NCBI GenBank assembly: GCA_038496445.1
Contig: JALMLS010000309.1
Coordinates: forward strand, 124,001 to 188,000
DNA: 64,000 nt
Direction of reading: 5' to 3'
Origin: Trichosphaerium sp. ATCC 40318
Taxonomy: Eukaryota > Protista > Tubulinea
Shown here: positions 41,647 to 58,397 of the stretch, piece after piece
How the letters are laid out: each line of letters opens with the position of its first letter
Position numbering within the stretch: the first letter of the stretch is position 1
Notes under the pieces: generated by a model
The model's input: only the letters and a program-made list of their open reading frames with translations
Told to the model about the DNA's origin: nothing
Databases searched by the model: none
Made by a program: the position numbers and the translations under genes

Positions 41647-42915
41647 GTGATGCGTTCGAGGTATTGTTTTGAAAAAATGAAAAGGAGAAAAAGAGAAAAT
41701 ACGAAAATAATCGAAATTTCTGCGAATTGATTCTTGAAAAGATTGAATTTCGGGCTTTTAGAATCACACCAAATTGCACAGTAATGCTCTCAAGAGTTAT
41801 AAGAACAGATACATTAGACTTGTATCAAACGCTGTAACGCGAAACAAAAAAGAAGTAAATCAAGTAAAACACGCTTTAAAATAAGCGTGTAGGAGTCTAA
41901 ACAAATACCGTGCGTCGTAAAAACATGTTTTAGGAGTTTTCACGTAGAGCTGCCTTTGGTGACGTACATTTGCATGTTTCTTAATGAGTCCATGATGTGT
42001 TGCTTGTGTGTTGTTGTTTTGTATTGATTAGTCGAGTTTCTAAGTTTATCTTAGGATTTTGCACTCCAAATCCGGCATGTAGCTAGCCGCCAAGCTAAAG
42101 TGTACGTTGCTCCTGAAAACAAGTCAAATAATGTATATTAATGTGTAACAAGAGCTGAAACGGGTGAGTTTCGTATTTGGGGCTTTTTTTAAGATTGCTG
42201 GCCAAACAACCATATAACACATACCAGAGCATTTAACACGCGGAAAAACATTGTTAGGAGACTTCGGTAAAACAATTTGGAAATACCATTTTTTAACGTT
42301 TCAAATTTCTCGCCGAACTGGCTGAGTAGTAGAACCACGCGCTTCTGTGGAAATCTACGAAATTGTTTTGGTTTTAAAGGTGTCACTTCGATTATCTGTC
42401 TAGCGACTTGAGTCATCTTACAAGAACGCCTAACAACAAGCGTATACCTCTTTCTCCTCTGTGGTATAAGCATGTTTGGCTATGTTTGCTAATTGTTCAA
42501 AATTGACGCTCCACCTTACAACAGAGAGCTGCCAAGGCGATTGCCTTTCAAATGACTCAATTCTCAATTGTTGTCTGTATTTTAGAAATAAAACAATTGG
42601 AATCTCCTTTGCTCGCTAGGCGTCTGCTAGGCCATCATTACGAATAGCTCTCTTTCTTACATACTCTAATTTTTTTTTTTGGCTTTTTTTGACCAAGTGT
42701 ACAGAACACAGGTGGCTATTTAAACCGATATTATACTTTCAAATACGACAAGTGAAATTATGGTTCTCTATTCCGTAATTATGTTTCACAATACCGCGGA
42801 ATATCCCACGGGCAAACTTTTTTAACAAATTGCTCGGATGACTTTCCTTTTTAAGAAATATATCCGCGGTTTAAGACTGCGAACCAGGAAATCATTATCT
42901 CTAAACAATAACACA

Positions 42916-43864
42916 ATGGCCACCATTCACTACCTCGCTCTATCCGCACCATGTCGTATTGCACACATCGCTGCTCTCGCTACAGGCATCGATGTAACTC
43001 TTAAGGTAATAGTGTCAAAAAATTCATTGTTTTTTTACTAAAAAGAGTCTCTAGCCTGTTGATTTGCTCAAAGGAGAGCATAAGGAAGAACCTTACTTGA
43101 AAATTAACCCAAAGCATCAAGTGCCTGCTGTAACTGAAGGAGATGTAGTAGTACGCGACTCTAGCGCTATTCTCAGGTAACAAAAATGCGGATAAAATCC
43201 TCCGCCTTTTTTTCAAAACATTCATCCGCTTACGTTCAAATAGATACTTTAGTATTCAAAAGCCTTCTCCTGTGTACCCTATAAACAATGCAGTAGCTTT
43301 CGCGCCAGTACGTATTATATGGAACATTTATGGAACCGATTTAGATAAACGTGACATCACGTTTTGTGAAACGTCATTTTTTTTTTGGTTGAAACAACTT
43401 ATTTATTGGTTTTTTTTGTAGATCGACTCAGCATATGAATCTATTCGTAATGATATCTTCAACACTTGTAACGGTTTCGCTTTTGAGAATGTTTTCGTGT
43501 CAAAGATATTCAAGATGAGAGATACTGATCCAAAAAAACTAAAAGAGATTACTGATAAACTAACAGCTGAGGTACCAACAAAAAACCTTTGTTAATTTTT
43601 TTTTTCTCAATCACAACTTACGCTTTGAAATAGTTGGAATTCTATGAGAAGAACTACTTCAAGAAATCAAGATTTTTGGTTGGATACGCTGTATCTATGG
43701 CTGATTATACACTTTGTACATCACTTGCACATGCTATTGGTACAGGATACAATGTACCTCTTCCTAAAAAGATAGCTTCTTTATACAAAAAAGTAAAGAG
43801 GGATTCCGTGTACAAAAAGGCGCACAAAGACTTCTTTGACTTTGCTAGTTCCCTTGAACTTTAA
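42916..43864 (+). CDS. Glutathione S-transferase (theta/delta-like)
   Basis: SAPCRIA, VDLLKGEHKEEPYLKINPKHQVPAV, DSSAILRY, C-terminal FLVGYAVSMADY; 4 introns. Confidence 0.92.
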
Positions 43865-44320
43865 GTATTGTCTTAATAAACACATTGTTTACGATTTACA
43901 TAGCCTCCAACAACAAGCAGTATATCATTGTCCACTCTTGTCTTTAAACTAATCACGTGATAAATTTTTATCGACCCGTCAACGCAACGAGGTATCAGAG
44001 CTAATATTCATTTTGGGTTCAACTTCTTGAAGTTCTTCAACATGGACACTTATGTATTCTGTTCCCAAAAACCGTCCGAACACTGTGGTACGGAGGTAGT
44101 GATATTGTTGTGTTTATTTTTGTATGTAATCACAAGTCTGTTTACTACAAGAGCTTCATATTTTCCTCATTGTAGTTCATGCGTGTTGTAGATATCTTTA
44201 GCATGGTATTATCGCCATTTTGATAGTACCGTACCATGTACGTAGAAAATGGGAAAAAGTATCTGGTAGTAACCTTGTACAAGACAAAAAAAAACCAAAC
44301 GAGTCAAAAAAAAATAATAT

Positions 44321-46555
<2,235 letters not shown>

Positions 46556-46680
46556 GTTGGTTATGAATAACTCGTGTGACCAAAATTTTTTTTTTTCTTT
46601 TTTGGCCGAGAAAAACCGACCAGTACATTAAAACAAAAAACGTACCTATTGGTTGTACGCCTATAGCGTGTTAGTACGAA
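46556..46680. promoter_or_regulatory. Probable bidirectional promoter, ProRS/COG7
   Basis: Head-to-head ATGs 125 bp apart. Confidence 0.6.
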
Positions 46681-49600
46681 ATGGCGGTACGTTTACACTA
46701 AAATAATAACAAGTCGTTTATATTTCATTAAAAATCATCTGTGACCGTTTAAAAGGATATTGATTTTGCCAGTTTTGGCCCTGGGTTTGATTTGAAGGCT
46801 TGGGTAAATGACGTTTTGGCTAGAAAGAAGGATATGCCTACTGAGGTTCGCCAACGTGATATTTAGCGTGCCAGAGCCCTTGGTTGCGTTTACCACGTTG
46901 CAATACTCACTAAAAATTAGAAATACGCCAAACAGCTTCACAATAAGCTTCAAATGGTATCTTTCGAGCTAAGCAACTCTCTTGAAAAGGTTTGCGCCCA
47001 ATGTATAGCCCGAGTGCCAAGGTTAGTTAAAAACGCATAAAACATGTCACATATCAACTCTACAAAGGTCATTAAAGGAACTGGAGCTTGTAAAGAAAGA
47101 ATCGGCGACACTGAACGAATCTATAAACGACTTTCAAACAAAGCTTCTCAAGGCATCTACAAAAACAAACTGTGGCGAATCTCACACTCTTTTAAGCTTG
47201 AGGACAACACTGATGAATCAATACAAGTTCTAGACGAGCTAGACAAGATAAAGTCGCGTATGGAGATGGCACACGCTGCGTTACAAGAGGCAGGGCGTTA
47301 TAAGACATTACTAGCCAAGATGGATGACGCTTTTACGAAGCAGGCATCAGATGAAGTATGTCGATTTTTTTTGCATTGAACGTTTTTTTTTGTTTATGAT
47401 TGTAGATTGCTCAACAACTACAAGAACTCGACCGTAGTCTTGAAGTACTCAAGGTAAGACATATTATTGACAAATGCAAAAGCTTTTTTTCTTTGAGCAC
47501 GTGCTCTTGGCCTTTATTGGTAAGTACTTACTCGCGTTCAGGATTTGCCTGAATTTCAAGATAAACATCAAGAAATGTCACAGTATAGGAATAGGCTTGA
47601 AGGATTGGTACTGACTCTTTGATTCATATAATACATTGTTTTATTAACATTGTATAGGTCCGACCTCAACTTCTTCGTGCCTTCCAAAACCACGATAAAG
47701 GTATTAATGCTTTCTTATTTTATTCTTATTTTCTGTTCACCAAAAATCTCTAAAATATTTGTTTGCTTAGATGAGGCTGTTAAGCTATTTGGTATATTTA
47801 AACAAATTGGCCGAGAAGATCAAGTTTATCAATATTACTATAAATGTCGTATGGCACAGTTGGTGAATTCTTGGGAAGGATTTCAAAGAAGTAATGCTGG
47901 AGAGAATGCACAGAAAATAAAGTTTTCAGATTGGCTCATTTCCTTCTACGAAGAAGAACTCAAACACATTAACACTGAGGTACGCTCACATGACATAAAG
48001 CTTTTATATTTTTGTAATATTAATAGTTTAATTTATAGATGACATGGTGCGCCAAGGTGTTCGGAAAGTACCGTATTGTTGTTGCCAAGCTTATTTCTAA
48101 ATTTCACTCCACAATCAAAGACCAATTTCAACTTTACTTGAGACCTATGGGTCTTATAGAGCTCATAGATGTTTATAATACTACAACAGATTTTTCAGAT
48201 ACTATAGTTAACCTTATTATTGATGTTGGTACGTAGTACCATCAGTGTTCCTTGTTTTTTGCAAACTTTTTTTTACTCATTGATTGACATGCAAAATTAG
48301 ACAAACGTGAGCTCAGAGAAAGTATTCTATCACCTTTTTTCGAGTATCAACAGACATACGCATCATTGGAGGCTAAAATTCTTACCTTACAAATCGAAAA
48401 ACTTAAACCAGTAAGGTCCAAGTTATCACTCTGTACATTCTGACTTTTTTCTTTTTTTCTTGTAGAAACAAGGTGATTTTATTGGAAGTATACAACATCT
48501 TTCAAAGGCTGTACCTGTTTTATTCTCTACAATATCGAGTGCAGTTGATAGGTGTATCGCTTTCACACAAGGAAGTGAAGCAAGCGCACTTGTTAGCATA
48601 CTTAGCGTACGTCCAGAATTGCTTATTTCTTATAACACCTTCTAACTTCTTTTGTTACAGGACACTATCGTAGACTACATCAAGAGTTTATTTGGGTTAT
48701 TGAAACACTTGAGATCTTTGGCTCGGTTAGATGAGATACAAATGGATATTGGAGGACAAGATAGTATTGAAGAAGAAATCCATGATTGGAACGAAAATTA
48801 CTTTCAAGTATGATTTTATTGTCAAAGTGTTTTTGTTTTATTTTGCTTATCTCTTTATAGGGAGCTCTTCAGGTAACTAGACATCGACTCTTTAATATTT
48901 TAAAGTGTAATATACTAACCTAAATACCTTGAAAAGCTATTAGAGATTGTGGCAGGTGTCATTGATAAAATGAACACATTTGATGTTAATGTACGAACAA
49001 GACTTGCAAGACAGCGACCTGTACTCTTTGGTGATGTAAAAGGCGTACCAAGGTATGTAGTACAAGATTAATTAATTCTAATGATTAATCACATTGTTTA
49101 AACAGTGATACAAAGAACATACCTTGCGTTCATCTATGGCGTGATATAAATAGAACAAAACAACTTGTTCTTTATTTTTCTTCACTTGAAGACAGTACGT
49201 TTCACATCACAATCTTTCTTCTTTCATCTTTGAACTTTTTAACGCGTGTTATAACTATAGGTACATTCAGGCTTTTTTCAAAGGCTTTGTACACGTTTCA
49301 GCAGCTTGAGACAGCAACACAGACATTTGTTTTTGATTCAATGTTTTCTTACATAAAAGAAAAACTACACCTTGTACCTTCAATGTCTGTCTGGACTAAG
49401 CAGCAGGTTCAATCTAATCTACCCACATTCTCTCAATCTGCACAACCTTATGTTAAACTTATTGTTGAACACTTGATAGCGCTATCACACCTATTAGATC
49501 AAGTACGTCAAAACCTACAAATAAATTTTGCTTGATTAAAACTAAAAAAACTTCAAAAAACAGGATGACGGAAGACAACTTCCAACGCCTAATAAGGAGT

Positions 49601-50270
49601 CTCTATTCAACAGTGTGAGCAAAGGTAAGTTTTAATTTACACTCATTAATCTTACATATACTTATGATCATTAGGTATTGATATATCGGTACCAGATGAT
49701 AAGACTGCCAGCGTAGAAGATGATCTAATGGTACAATGAAGATAGGATTTTTTTGTTTGTTATTCTGACATTAATGTAGGAAGAGGAGGTTATGCAACAA
49801 TGGTTATTAGTTGTTTCTCAAGCTACAATGACAATGTATTTCCAACAAATACTTGCAATACCTACGCTTAGTGTAATGGGAGCAAGACATTTAAAGGCAG
49901 ATATTAGTACGATTGTCAATCTCAAAACACTCAAATTATCACTTGTTTTTTAATTTTGAATTAACACTCTACAGGTCATCTCTTCAACGTGGTATCCACC
50001 ATGCTTGAAATACCACCATACCCAGCATTAAATGTATTATTCCAATTTGTTTCTGAGCCTAGTGCAACGTAAGTACAGAATATACCACACGCGCATAACA
50101 ACAAAACTAAAACAAAACAAAGAAAGTTTATTTTTGTTACTTCTTATTTTGTTTGCTCAACAATAACCAACTGTTTTTTTAGGTATGCTCAAAAGCTTAC
50201 AGAAGCTCAACGCTCTGATAAAAAGATTGGTACCATGGTAGCTAAAATGCGTGGACTACCTGTTGTATAA
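46681..50270 (+). CDS. COG7: Conserved oligomeric Golgi complex subunit 7
   Basis: FDLKAWVNDVL, KLQMVSFELSNSLE, LDKIKSRMEMAHAALQEAG, LPTFSQSAQPYVKLIVEHLIAL, GARHLKADI, VAKMRGL. Confidence 0.88.
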
Positions 50271-50491
50271 TAATAAACAAGTTCAAAGAATACCGCAAAA
50301 AAATATTCATCTCAAAGTGTAAAAGGTGTATGCTAATTTTTTTTTTCGTATCTTGAAATCAATACACAAGCACGTGTACTTGCTACCATTAGTATTTCAA
50401 TAAAGAGATAGAGTGGTGGTCGAGACAGTTGTGTTTAAAACAAATAATGTTTGTATCATTTTATTTTTTTTTGAATTATTTTACCAGTCTT

Positions 50492-53400
50492 TTAGTCTCT
50501 GGTTATCTCCATGCTAGCAGATAAGTCAAGACGATCACGGTTCTCACTGAGTTCCTTTGAAATCACATTAAACTTCTCGCCAATAGCACCAACAAGAACA
50601 GTGTTCTTCATAAAGTCAGCCCATTTTTGGTTATTGTCAACTCCAGCAATACGAGAAATAGCAACAATAGCACGCAAAGCGCTTCTCTTCAACTCTTCGC
50701 TTCTTTCAACGTGTTGTTTAACAGCACCATCGCGAACCTTTTGAGTAATTGTTTTACGCAAAGGCTCAATCAATTTCTCCAAACCTTGCAAATCATGTAA
50801 GAAAAAAAGGATTGTGGTAACAAATAAGAGCATGTACCTGCTTGAAGGGCTGCGCCAGTGCGGTTAGCCAAACGTGTCAAGATCAAGTGGTTCAACATTT
50901 TAATGTCATAATCATCAGATAGACCACTCACGATTTGTGCGATGAAAGCGGAAAACTCAATCTTTGCAATAGCGGTTTCCAACAAAGTGTACATACATTC
51001 AAAACCAGCCTTACGGAGGTCAAGACCGTCATCAACCTTGTAAAAAATGTCAGAGTCTTCACAGCGACAACAGAGGGGGTAACGAGTGTTGTCGTACCTT
51101 GTGCTTGAAAGGACCGAGGTTTACTTCTCTGATAAGTTCTGGCTTAATGTTAGTCTCTCCGTACAATACAGGCAAGTATTCTGTCAAATGATCTTGGATC
51201 AAGCCTGGTGTTAAAGCGTTAGTGTCAGTTCAAATACAATAAAGAGGTATAAAAAAATACTAACCTGAACGGTGATGAGCAAAGTAGTTCAATGTGAGCA
51301 AAGCGGAACGGCGAACATTCTAAAAACAAACATGTCAATAATGTGCTGATTGAGTAATAAAGAGAATACTACGTACAATTTCACTATCCTTGAGCAATAC
51401 GAGGAAGGCGAGAATCTCTTCTTGGAGCATCTTCTCAACATCCTTACCGACAGTTTTATCGGAAATGGTGTATTTGACAGCTGTGACAACACAAGAACGT
51501 GTGTTCTCGTTCTTGGAACCGGATTTCTCTTTGAGTACTGGCAAGATCTTTTCTGGGCTGATAATGCACAATTTACCCAAGCACTCAGCAATAACATTAC
51601 GAGTACCCTCTTCGTCGCTTTCAGTGTGTTCTATAAAAAAACCCAAACGTTAACAACAAGTTATAAGGTGCAAAATAAAAATAAAAAAGGCGTACTGAAG
51701 AGGAGGTCAAGGAGCGGTTGAACGAAAGGCCCTAAGCGCTTGGCGCCCTTTGATGATTCGACTTGACGAACGATAATCTCGCGAAGTGAACCGAGGAGCA
51801 AGTATTGCTTACGTGGGTGTTTGTTGATCTCATCCAAAATATCAGGTAAGAACTTCTTCAAGTTACCAGTTGCAATTCCACCCAAACCAAGAGAGGCAGC
51901 GTTCTTGATCTCCTCTGATGAAGAGTCGAAGCAAGACAAGACAACCTTTTTCAAGCCAGATACAGCACCAAGATCAGTTTGGCGACCGACTTCTCCGAGA
52001 CAGTGGAGGGCCAACAAGCGTTTCTAAAGGAACAGGATTAATACAAAGTAGCCAGTGCTTAGGAAGCACGCACGTTTTCGGCTGTCTTCTTACTCTTGAC
52101 ATCAGCAATAAACTGTTGTACAGTGGCTGAGCGTTGGTCTTCGGTAGCTTTTGCTGCAATAGCGGCTACACACTGAGAGATGCACGAGAAAGCTTGCTTT
52201 GAGAGTTCTTTGCTGTCAGATTTTTTAGAACCGACAAGGTTCAACAAACCGCTCATCAAACCATCGTAAGTCAACTTCTTGGACTTGGATGTAACCATCT
52301 CAGTGAACAAAGATAGGGAGGACTAGGTAAAACGTGAGTACGACATATTGTAACGTTTGGGTGGTCATCTTACGCACCTCAAGAGCGAGACCTTGTAGAA
52401 GAGATGATGTCAACAATACAAGAACCTTTGGGAGAACAATGGTGTTAATTGTTGATCCAGATGAGGAGTGAACACGAAGGATCTGTCTGCACACGCGAAT
52501 AGAGAGGTGAGACAAGTGCAAGTCGGCTTCCCTGAAAAAAAGAATGAGAACAACACAAAAAACAACAAAAATGTAGACAAATCGTTGTAACGTACCCAAT
52601 GAGTTGAGCGAGTTCCTTGAGTACAGCTTCGTATTGTCTGCTAGCTTCTTTGGATTTACCATATGTTTTAACCAACTCAGCTAGAGCCTTCAAGGAAGAC
52701 TGTTTCAACTGTCTGTTTTGCTTACGCAAAAAGGAGGCGAGTTGTTCTACAGTCTTACCGAGGATGCTAGACAAATCAATTTTCAAGCTAGAAGTAGCAA
52801 TGGTGTTAAGGGCTTTGACAGTTGTCAAGCGTGTAATCTCATTGCCCAATCTGTCGAGAAGGATCTTTAAGCATGAACTACAGCACATTAGATAGGCCCA
52901 ACAACAAAAAACACAATCAACTTACCCAAGTTCACCCTTGAGACCATCTCCAAGGCGAGCTACAATAACACCAGCAGCGGTAATAGCTTGCTCTTTTACC
53001 TCTTGATCAATATCTTGTGCTTCGAGTTTGACAAGTACAGCTGCGTATAGCGCTTGGGCTCTTGCTTCCCATGTACCAGCTCCCTAGAAACTCTGTAAAC
53101 AAAAAATCCAAAACATTTACAAACACTTACTTCTTCTGAACGGAGTACTTTGGCGAATTCTTGACAGACACGAAGACTCTCAGCTGTAATTTTGAAGTAA
53201 GGATCCTTGACAGAGTTGTATACAGGTTCAGTCAAGGCGTCCAAGTGCTCTGTGAATTGTGCTGGAGAGGTGGTGCTGAGGAGAGCACGGAGGAATTGCA
53301 AACATTCAATCTTCAATGGAGAAGAAGTGTTCTTTTTACCGAGTGCGAGGTCAATACCAGGGATGATTTTACCCAACAATTCTTGTGTGAAGCAACCAGG

Positions 53401-55400
53401 GACTACAGTGAGGAGTTCACGGAGAGTTTGGAGAACAGCAACACGTGTCTTTACGTTCTTGCTGAGCTTTTTGTTGTTGAATTCTGGGCACACGTTTGAG
53501 ATGATTTTTTCAACGTTTTGTTCCAAAAGGTTTTGAGCACTAGAAAATACGTGTCAGTTGAAAACTCTAAGAGTCTAAAATTATTAAAAGTGTTCGTACA
53601 CATCGCTGCTGGAAGCAACAACCTTTGTTTGTTTGAGGAGGGCAGTGAATGTGTGGTAGATATCGAGCTAGGGAAACAAATAAGCTAAAATAATACTATT
53701 ACTGCTTGTGAAACGTACTCTGACGTTCTCTTCTCTCTCTTTAAATCTTGAAATGAGAATTGGCGCAACGGTCTCGTAAATGTGTTGCAAGCGCTCAGGG
53801 CGGGCTTGAATCATAGCAGCCAAGCATCTTGAAGATGCTTTTCTTACTTTCCATGACATATCGTCATCGTCACTGTAGTCATCCCATTCATCACTAAATA
53901 AACTAGTTAATACAATCCAAACCAGCAAATGAACTAATAAAAACACCCAAAGTTATATGACGTACTCTTCACCATCATCGAATTCATCATCGTCCATACC
54001 ATCAATGTCCATTTCATCGGACTCATCACCAGAGTCGTAGTTGTAGTTTGGATCGTGTTTTACGTATTTCAAGCACAAGGCCTCAATTTTATCGAGATAA
54101 GCACCTGATTCTTTAGGGCAACGGAGAACCAATGATTCAAATGTCTACAGCTGTGCGTTAGTACAGTTTTCGATAACTCATACGAAAAAAATCACTATCG
54201 TCCTTTACTAACCTGGAAACAATTCTCTCTCAACTCATCATCTTCCTCAAAGTCGTCACTATCAGCATACTTTAGAACAATAGCCATAATGCGCTCCATA
54301 TGTTTTCCCAATCTGAATCCAACAGCACGGCTAAAATAAGCGTAAATAACTACTTCACAGCAATTCCAAGTGTCAGCGTTACCTAATAGCACCAATACAT
54401 TGAATAAAAGTGCGAATGTGGTCGCCCTTTTTCGACTTTTCTGTTTTTGATAGCAAAGTGTCTACGAGTGTAGCGAAAAGAGCTTCAGGTGAGTTGAGGG
54501 ATCTAAGAGGTTGCAAAAAAAAGGTCAGAGAGCAGAACGAAACAGTAAAAATTCAGTTAATCACGTACAAGAAACCAAGGCATCCAATAGCCTTTTTACG
54601 ACTTGCAGAGCGAGAATTAGTGAGTTGTGGAATGCAAACGTTTTGTGCTTTTTCATAGTAGTCAGACATCAATGAGCGGAAACGACCCAATAAATCATGT
54701 AGTAGCTCAAGTGTGTACAGTTGGATGTCTGTAGGGGCATCTTTTTTCTGTTTTAACGAAATATTAATATTTTGGGCTTTGTGTTTTTTATGAGCGCTTG
54801 ATAGCGTTCACGCTGCATGTATTATTTTTACTAGCAAGTGATTGCGAAATTAGAGCAAAGAGTAAACGTACTTTTAGTGCTTCAATGAGTCTAGGCGTTA
54901 GCTTCTTTACCACTAGTTTGCCCATTTTCTTGCCAGGAATCTCTTGAATAACGGTCTTTAGCCCGATGCTGCAGATGTCCCGCATTTCCTCCTTTTTGCC
55001 ATCTAGGAGCTGTGTGCCTAATCTTTCTACAATTTCTTGTATTCTTTCCTCGTTTACACGGCCTGAGAGTGGACCAAGACTGTAAAAAAAGAGATTAAGA
55101 GAAGAGCAGTTTAAACGAAAGTTTTTTGCGTACCATTTTACAGCTAGGCCTTGTACATCGCCTGAAGCGTCTTTAATAACTAAGTCCAACAGCTTGGAAA
55201 CGATCTTTTTTTCGCCGTCAGGATCTAGTTTGAAAGAGTCTTTCTCTAGCTCGCTAACGAGATCCGATATCGCCATGTATCGGAAATCTTTATCGCGGTC
55301 ATTCATCTACCAATGGTAAGCCTCTGTGTTTTTTTTTGAAAAAACAAACTATTAAACAAGTAAATACCTTCTCGAGCAAAGAAGAAACAGAGATTGACAT
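50492..55400 (-). CDS. CAND1: Cullin-associated NEDD8-dissociated protein 1
   Basis: LLEKMNDRDKDFRYMAISDL, DYSDDDDMSWKVRKAS, LDRLGNEITRLTTVKAL, EEGTRNVIAECLGKL, LGPFKHKVDDGLDLRK. Confidence 0.97.
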
Positions 55401-55716
55401 GTTGAGTGTTTTTTATGTAACTCTAGCTGTTGCTCTCTTGTCAAAAAATACAAAAAAAAAGCTATTCATGGAACAACAAGACCTAAAAAGACTCTAAATA
55501 AAGACCTTCCTATGAGCTTTCAGGCACATGAGGAGATGAGTATTGCGTGGTACATGTGCTCTGTCTTATTTTCAATATTTGTACCGTTTAAACTGAGTGT
55601 TTGCAAACAAAAAACGTCGTTGTGCTTAAATAAATGCTTGGTATCTACTACAAATTGACTGTGCGTCAAAAAAAAAACGTGCCAAATTTTTGGTTTTGTA
55701 CCATCAAACTCCAAAG

Positions 55717-58028
55717 ATGCAGCCACTGTACGATACGGATAGTGTAGTTCATACAAATACTAGCACTGAGGCACTAGGATACAGATACGACGCTAAACGC
55801 GTTTCTGTACTGTGGGATATTGAGAATGTTCCTGTACCATCTAGTGTACGCGCATACCACATCATACAAAAATTTAGACAGGTAGCTATGAAGAGAGGTA
55901 CAAAAATCAGAAATACTCCTCCTACACATTGCTGACGCATATAGGACGCATATGCCAGTTTAAAGCTGTTGGACATGCGCTACACATACCAAAAGATGTA
56001 CGACAAGACCTACAGTTCTGTGACGTTACCTTCGGTACGAATAAATACTTTCCAATAACTCTGATGGTGTATTTCTTTATGAATTAACAAATAAATAGAG
56101 GACGTAGTTACAATGGCGACAAAACCTTCTTCTGCAGATATAAACATCGTTATTGAACTTTTAAAGATTGTTTTGGAATACAAACCACCACATTGTGTGC
56201 TTCTCATTACAGGCGATGGGTACGTTAAAACTAGTGTTCTGTACGCTTATAAAATAACCTGATGTCTTGCATAGCGACTTTACAAGGGCTGTTAACGTGC
56301 TAACTTCCAAAGGATTTGAAGTCGTTGTAATAAGCGGTACGTTGTGTTTAACGCCGTTCCACTTCATCAGACGAACAAGCACTTTTCTAAACACGTTTTT
56401 TCTAGGTTTCAGTTCTTCTGATGTACTTCATTTCTCAGCTACAGAAGTAATAGATTGGATTGATATACTGGCTGACTTGCCACAGCAAAAAGGTGTTGAG
56501 GATAAATTACCAAAAAGTCCATTTCGTAGAGCCAAAGCAACGACACATGTCACTTCTCCTTTTAGAGATAAACCTCATGATACAGATGTAGAGAGGTACT
56601 ACTATACAAAAATTTAACAAAAAAGAGCATCTGTTGCACCAGCAAAGAAAGAACGATAAAATAGTTTACATGCTTTTTACTTTTTTTTTTTTTGGTTTTC
56701 AATTTTTTGACTCTAACAGAAGGGCACAGCGCAGATTGAGTCCGTCGCTTGAAACAAGGTCAACGGTGACTTTACAGGGACTTGGTGTAGTACCATTGAA
56801 GAGTAGTTTGGCTGTGTCACAGAATAGTAAGGAACGATATAAAATGATGTTGATGGCTGCTTTAAGAGAGATGAAACAAGAGTTTTTTATGCCGACACCT
56901 CAAAACCTTATAACCAAATTACGGGAAATGAATCCAGACGAGCTGACGGGTGTGAAATGGAAGGTGTTCAAGAAAATAGCAGAAAGAGATGATACGTTTA
57001 TTGTAACAGGTATGCAACTCAATTTTTTTTTTTTTTACATCCAACGCTCTATCGTTGTTTTCGTTCCTTCACCTGACCTCTTTAAAAGGAGAAGGCGCAA
57101 AGTTTGCAGTTTATCTAAGAGAAGATCAATATGGTGGTGTCAACCCAAATGATGTTTATAGCAACAGCGAACTTGTGACAGCCAGGTGCGATGATTTTTT
57201 ATTGATTGCTGAAATTAATCAACTGCCTAACTTACTTTGTCCTCTTAGACAATCCTTTACAATACTTTCTTTCTTTTTCTCACATCATCCACTACGCTCT
57301 GAAGGAGGCCTTCTGGGATTTGCAAGGCACTTATCTGACCTTGCTCCTGATAGATTTAAAGTAAGTAAAAATGAAAATTTACAATCCCACTTTGTTGTAT
57401 TCTTATAATTCTTTAAGGCGTTCCGTTTAGCAGTGCTCATGGCACAGCTTCGGATGTACCTGGATAAGAATATCATAGGACAGTCTACTGAAGATTTTAG
57501 CACAGTATACACCTATGCAATAACTCCTAGTTTTTTGTAAGCTATCTTCAAAAAAGTAATATTTATTCCCGTATACTAACACTACTTTGTAGCAATCAGT
57601 TTGGTACGGATACATGGCGTAACTTTGTAGGTCATGTGCGCACCTTACCGGTTCATTTTTCTCGGCGTGTGGTAAAATACGCCCAAGAGTTACACGAGGG
57701 TGACTTCCAGGTACTACGGCTGCAAAAACCAAGCTTCATTAATACTTTTTGGTTTGAATCAAAAAAACAGTTTTTTTTTTACCAATGTTCCCTCGTATCT
57801 ACAAACATTGTTCACATGTGTGCCTAGGAACTCGACCTTGGTGTTCTTTTCCTTCTTATTCTTCTGGCTCAACAATATGGCTACTTTGATAAATATGGAC
57901 GTAATGGTATTCGTCGGTCTGTTGAACTTCCAAAAACAGATTTTGTTAAATCACCTCATGATGACAAGCCACAACTCAACAATTGGTACTCGTACTACAC
58001 CGTTCTGTGTGCTACACCTACGAACTAA
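55717..58028 (+). CDS. NYN-domain (limkain/MARF1-like) endoribonuclease with probable C-terminal helical RNA-binding domains
   Basis: VSVLWDIENVPVP, KPSSADINI, LLITGDGDF, GFEVVVI: the acidic catalytic motifs of NYN are intact. C-terminal domains inferred. Confidence 0.82.
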
Positions 58029-58397
58029 ATAAAACCTTGTGTTTCTACAACAAAAATCAAAAAAAAAATCGAAAAAAAAGGTACGGCTGTTGTGGGCTTG
58101 ATTTGGATTTTTACATCATGTGTGTACAGAGTTAACACCATTTTGAACCAGCAACGACATCCTATTACAATTTATAAGCCTCTCGTGGCACATTTGAATC
58201 AAAATTGTTTTCAGTTGCGTGAAATCCGCTATGGTTAGCTCCATTGTACTTGTTACTAGTCTTTGAACATACACAAAGATAACACCGCGGAGTGCGGAGC
58301 TTTAAGCCAGACCTTGTTCGAAAAACGAGCCGTCAATGGCTTTCTGGTTCATTTTTTTCGAATACCGTATTTTAGAACGTCAATTATCTTGCGCATA

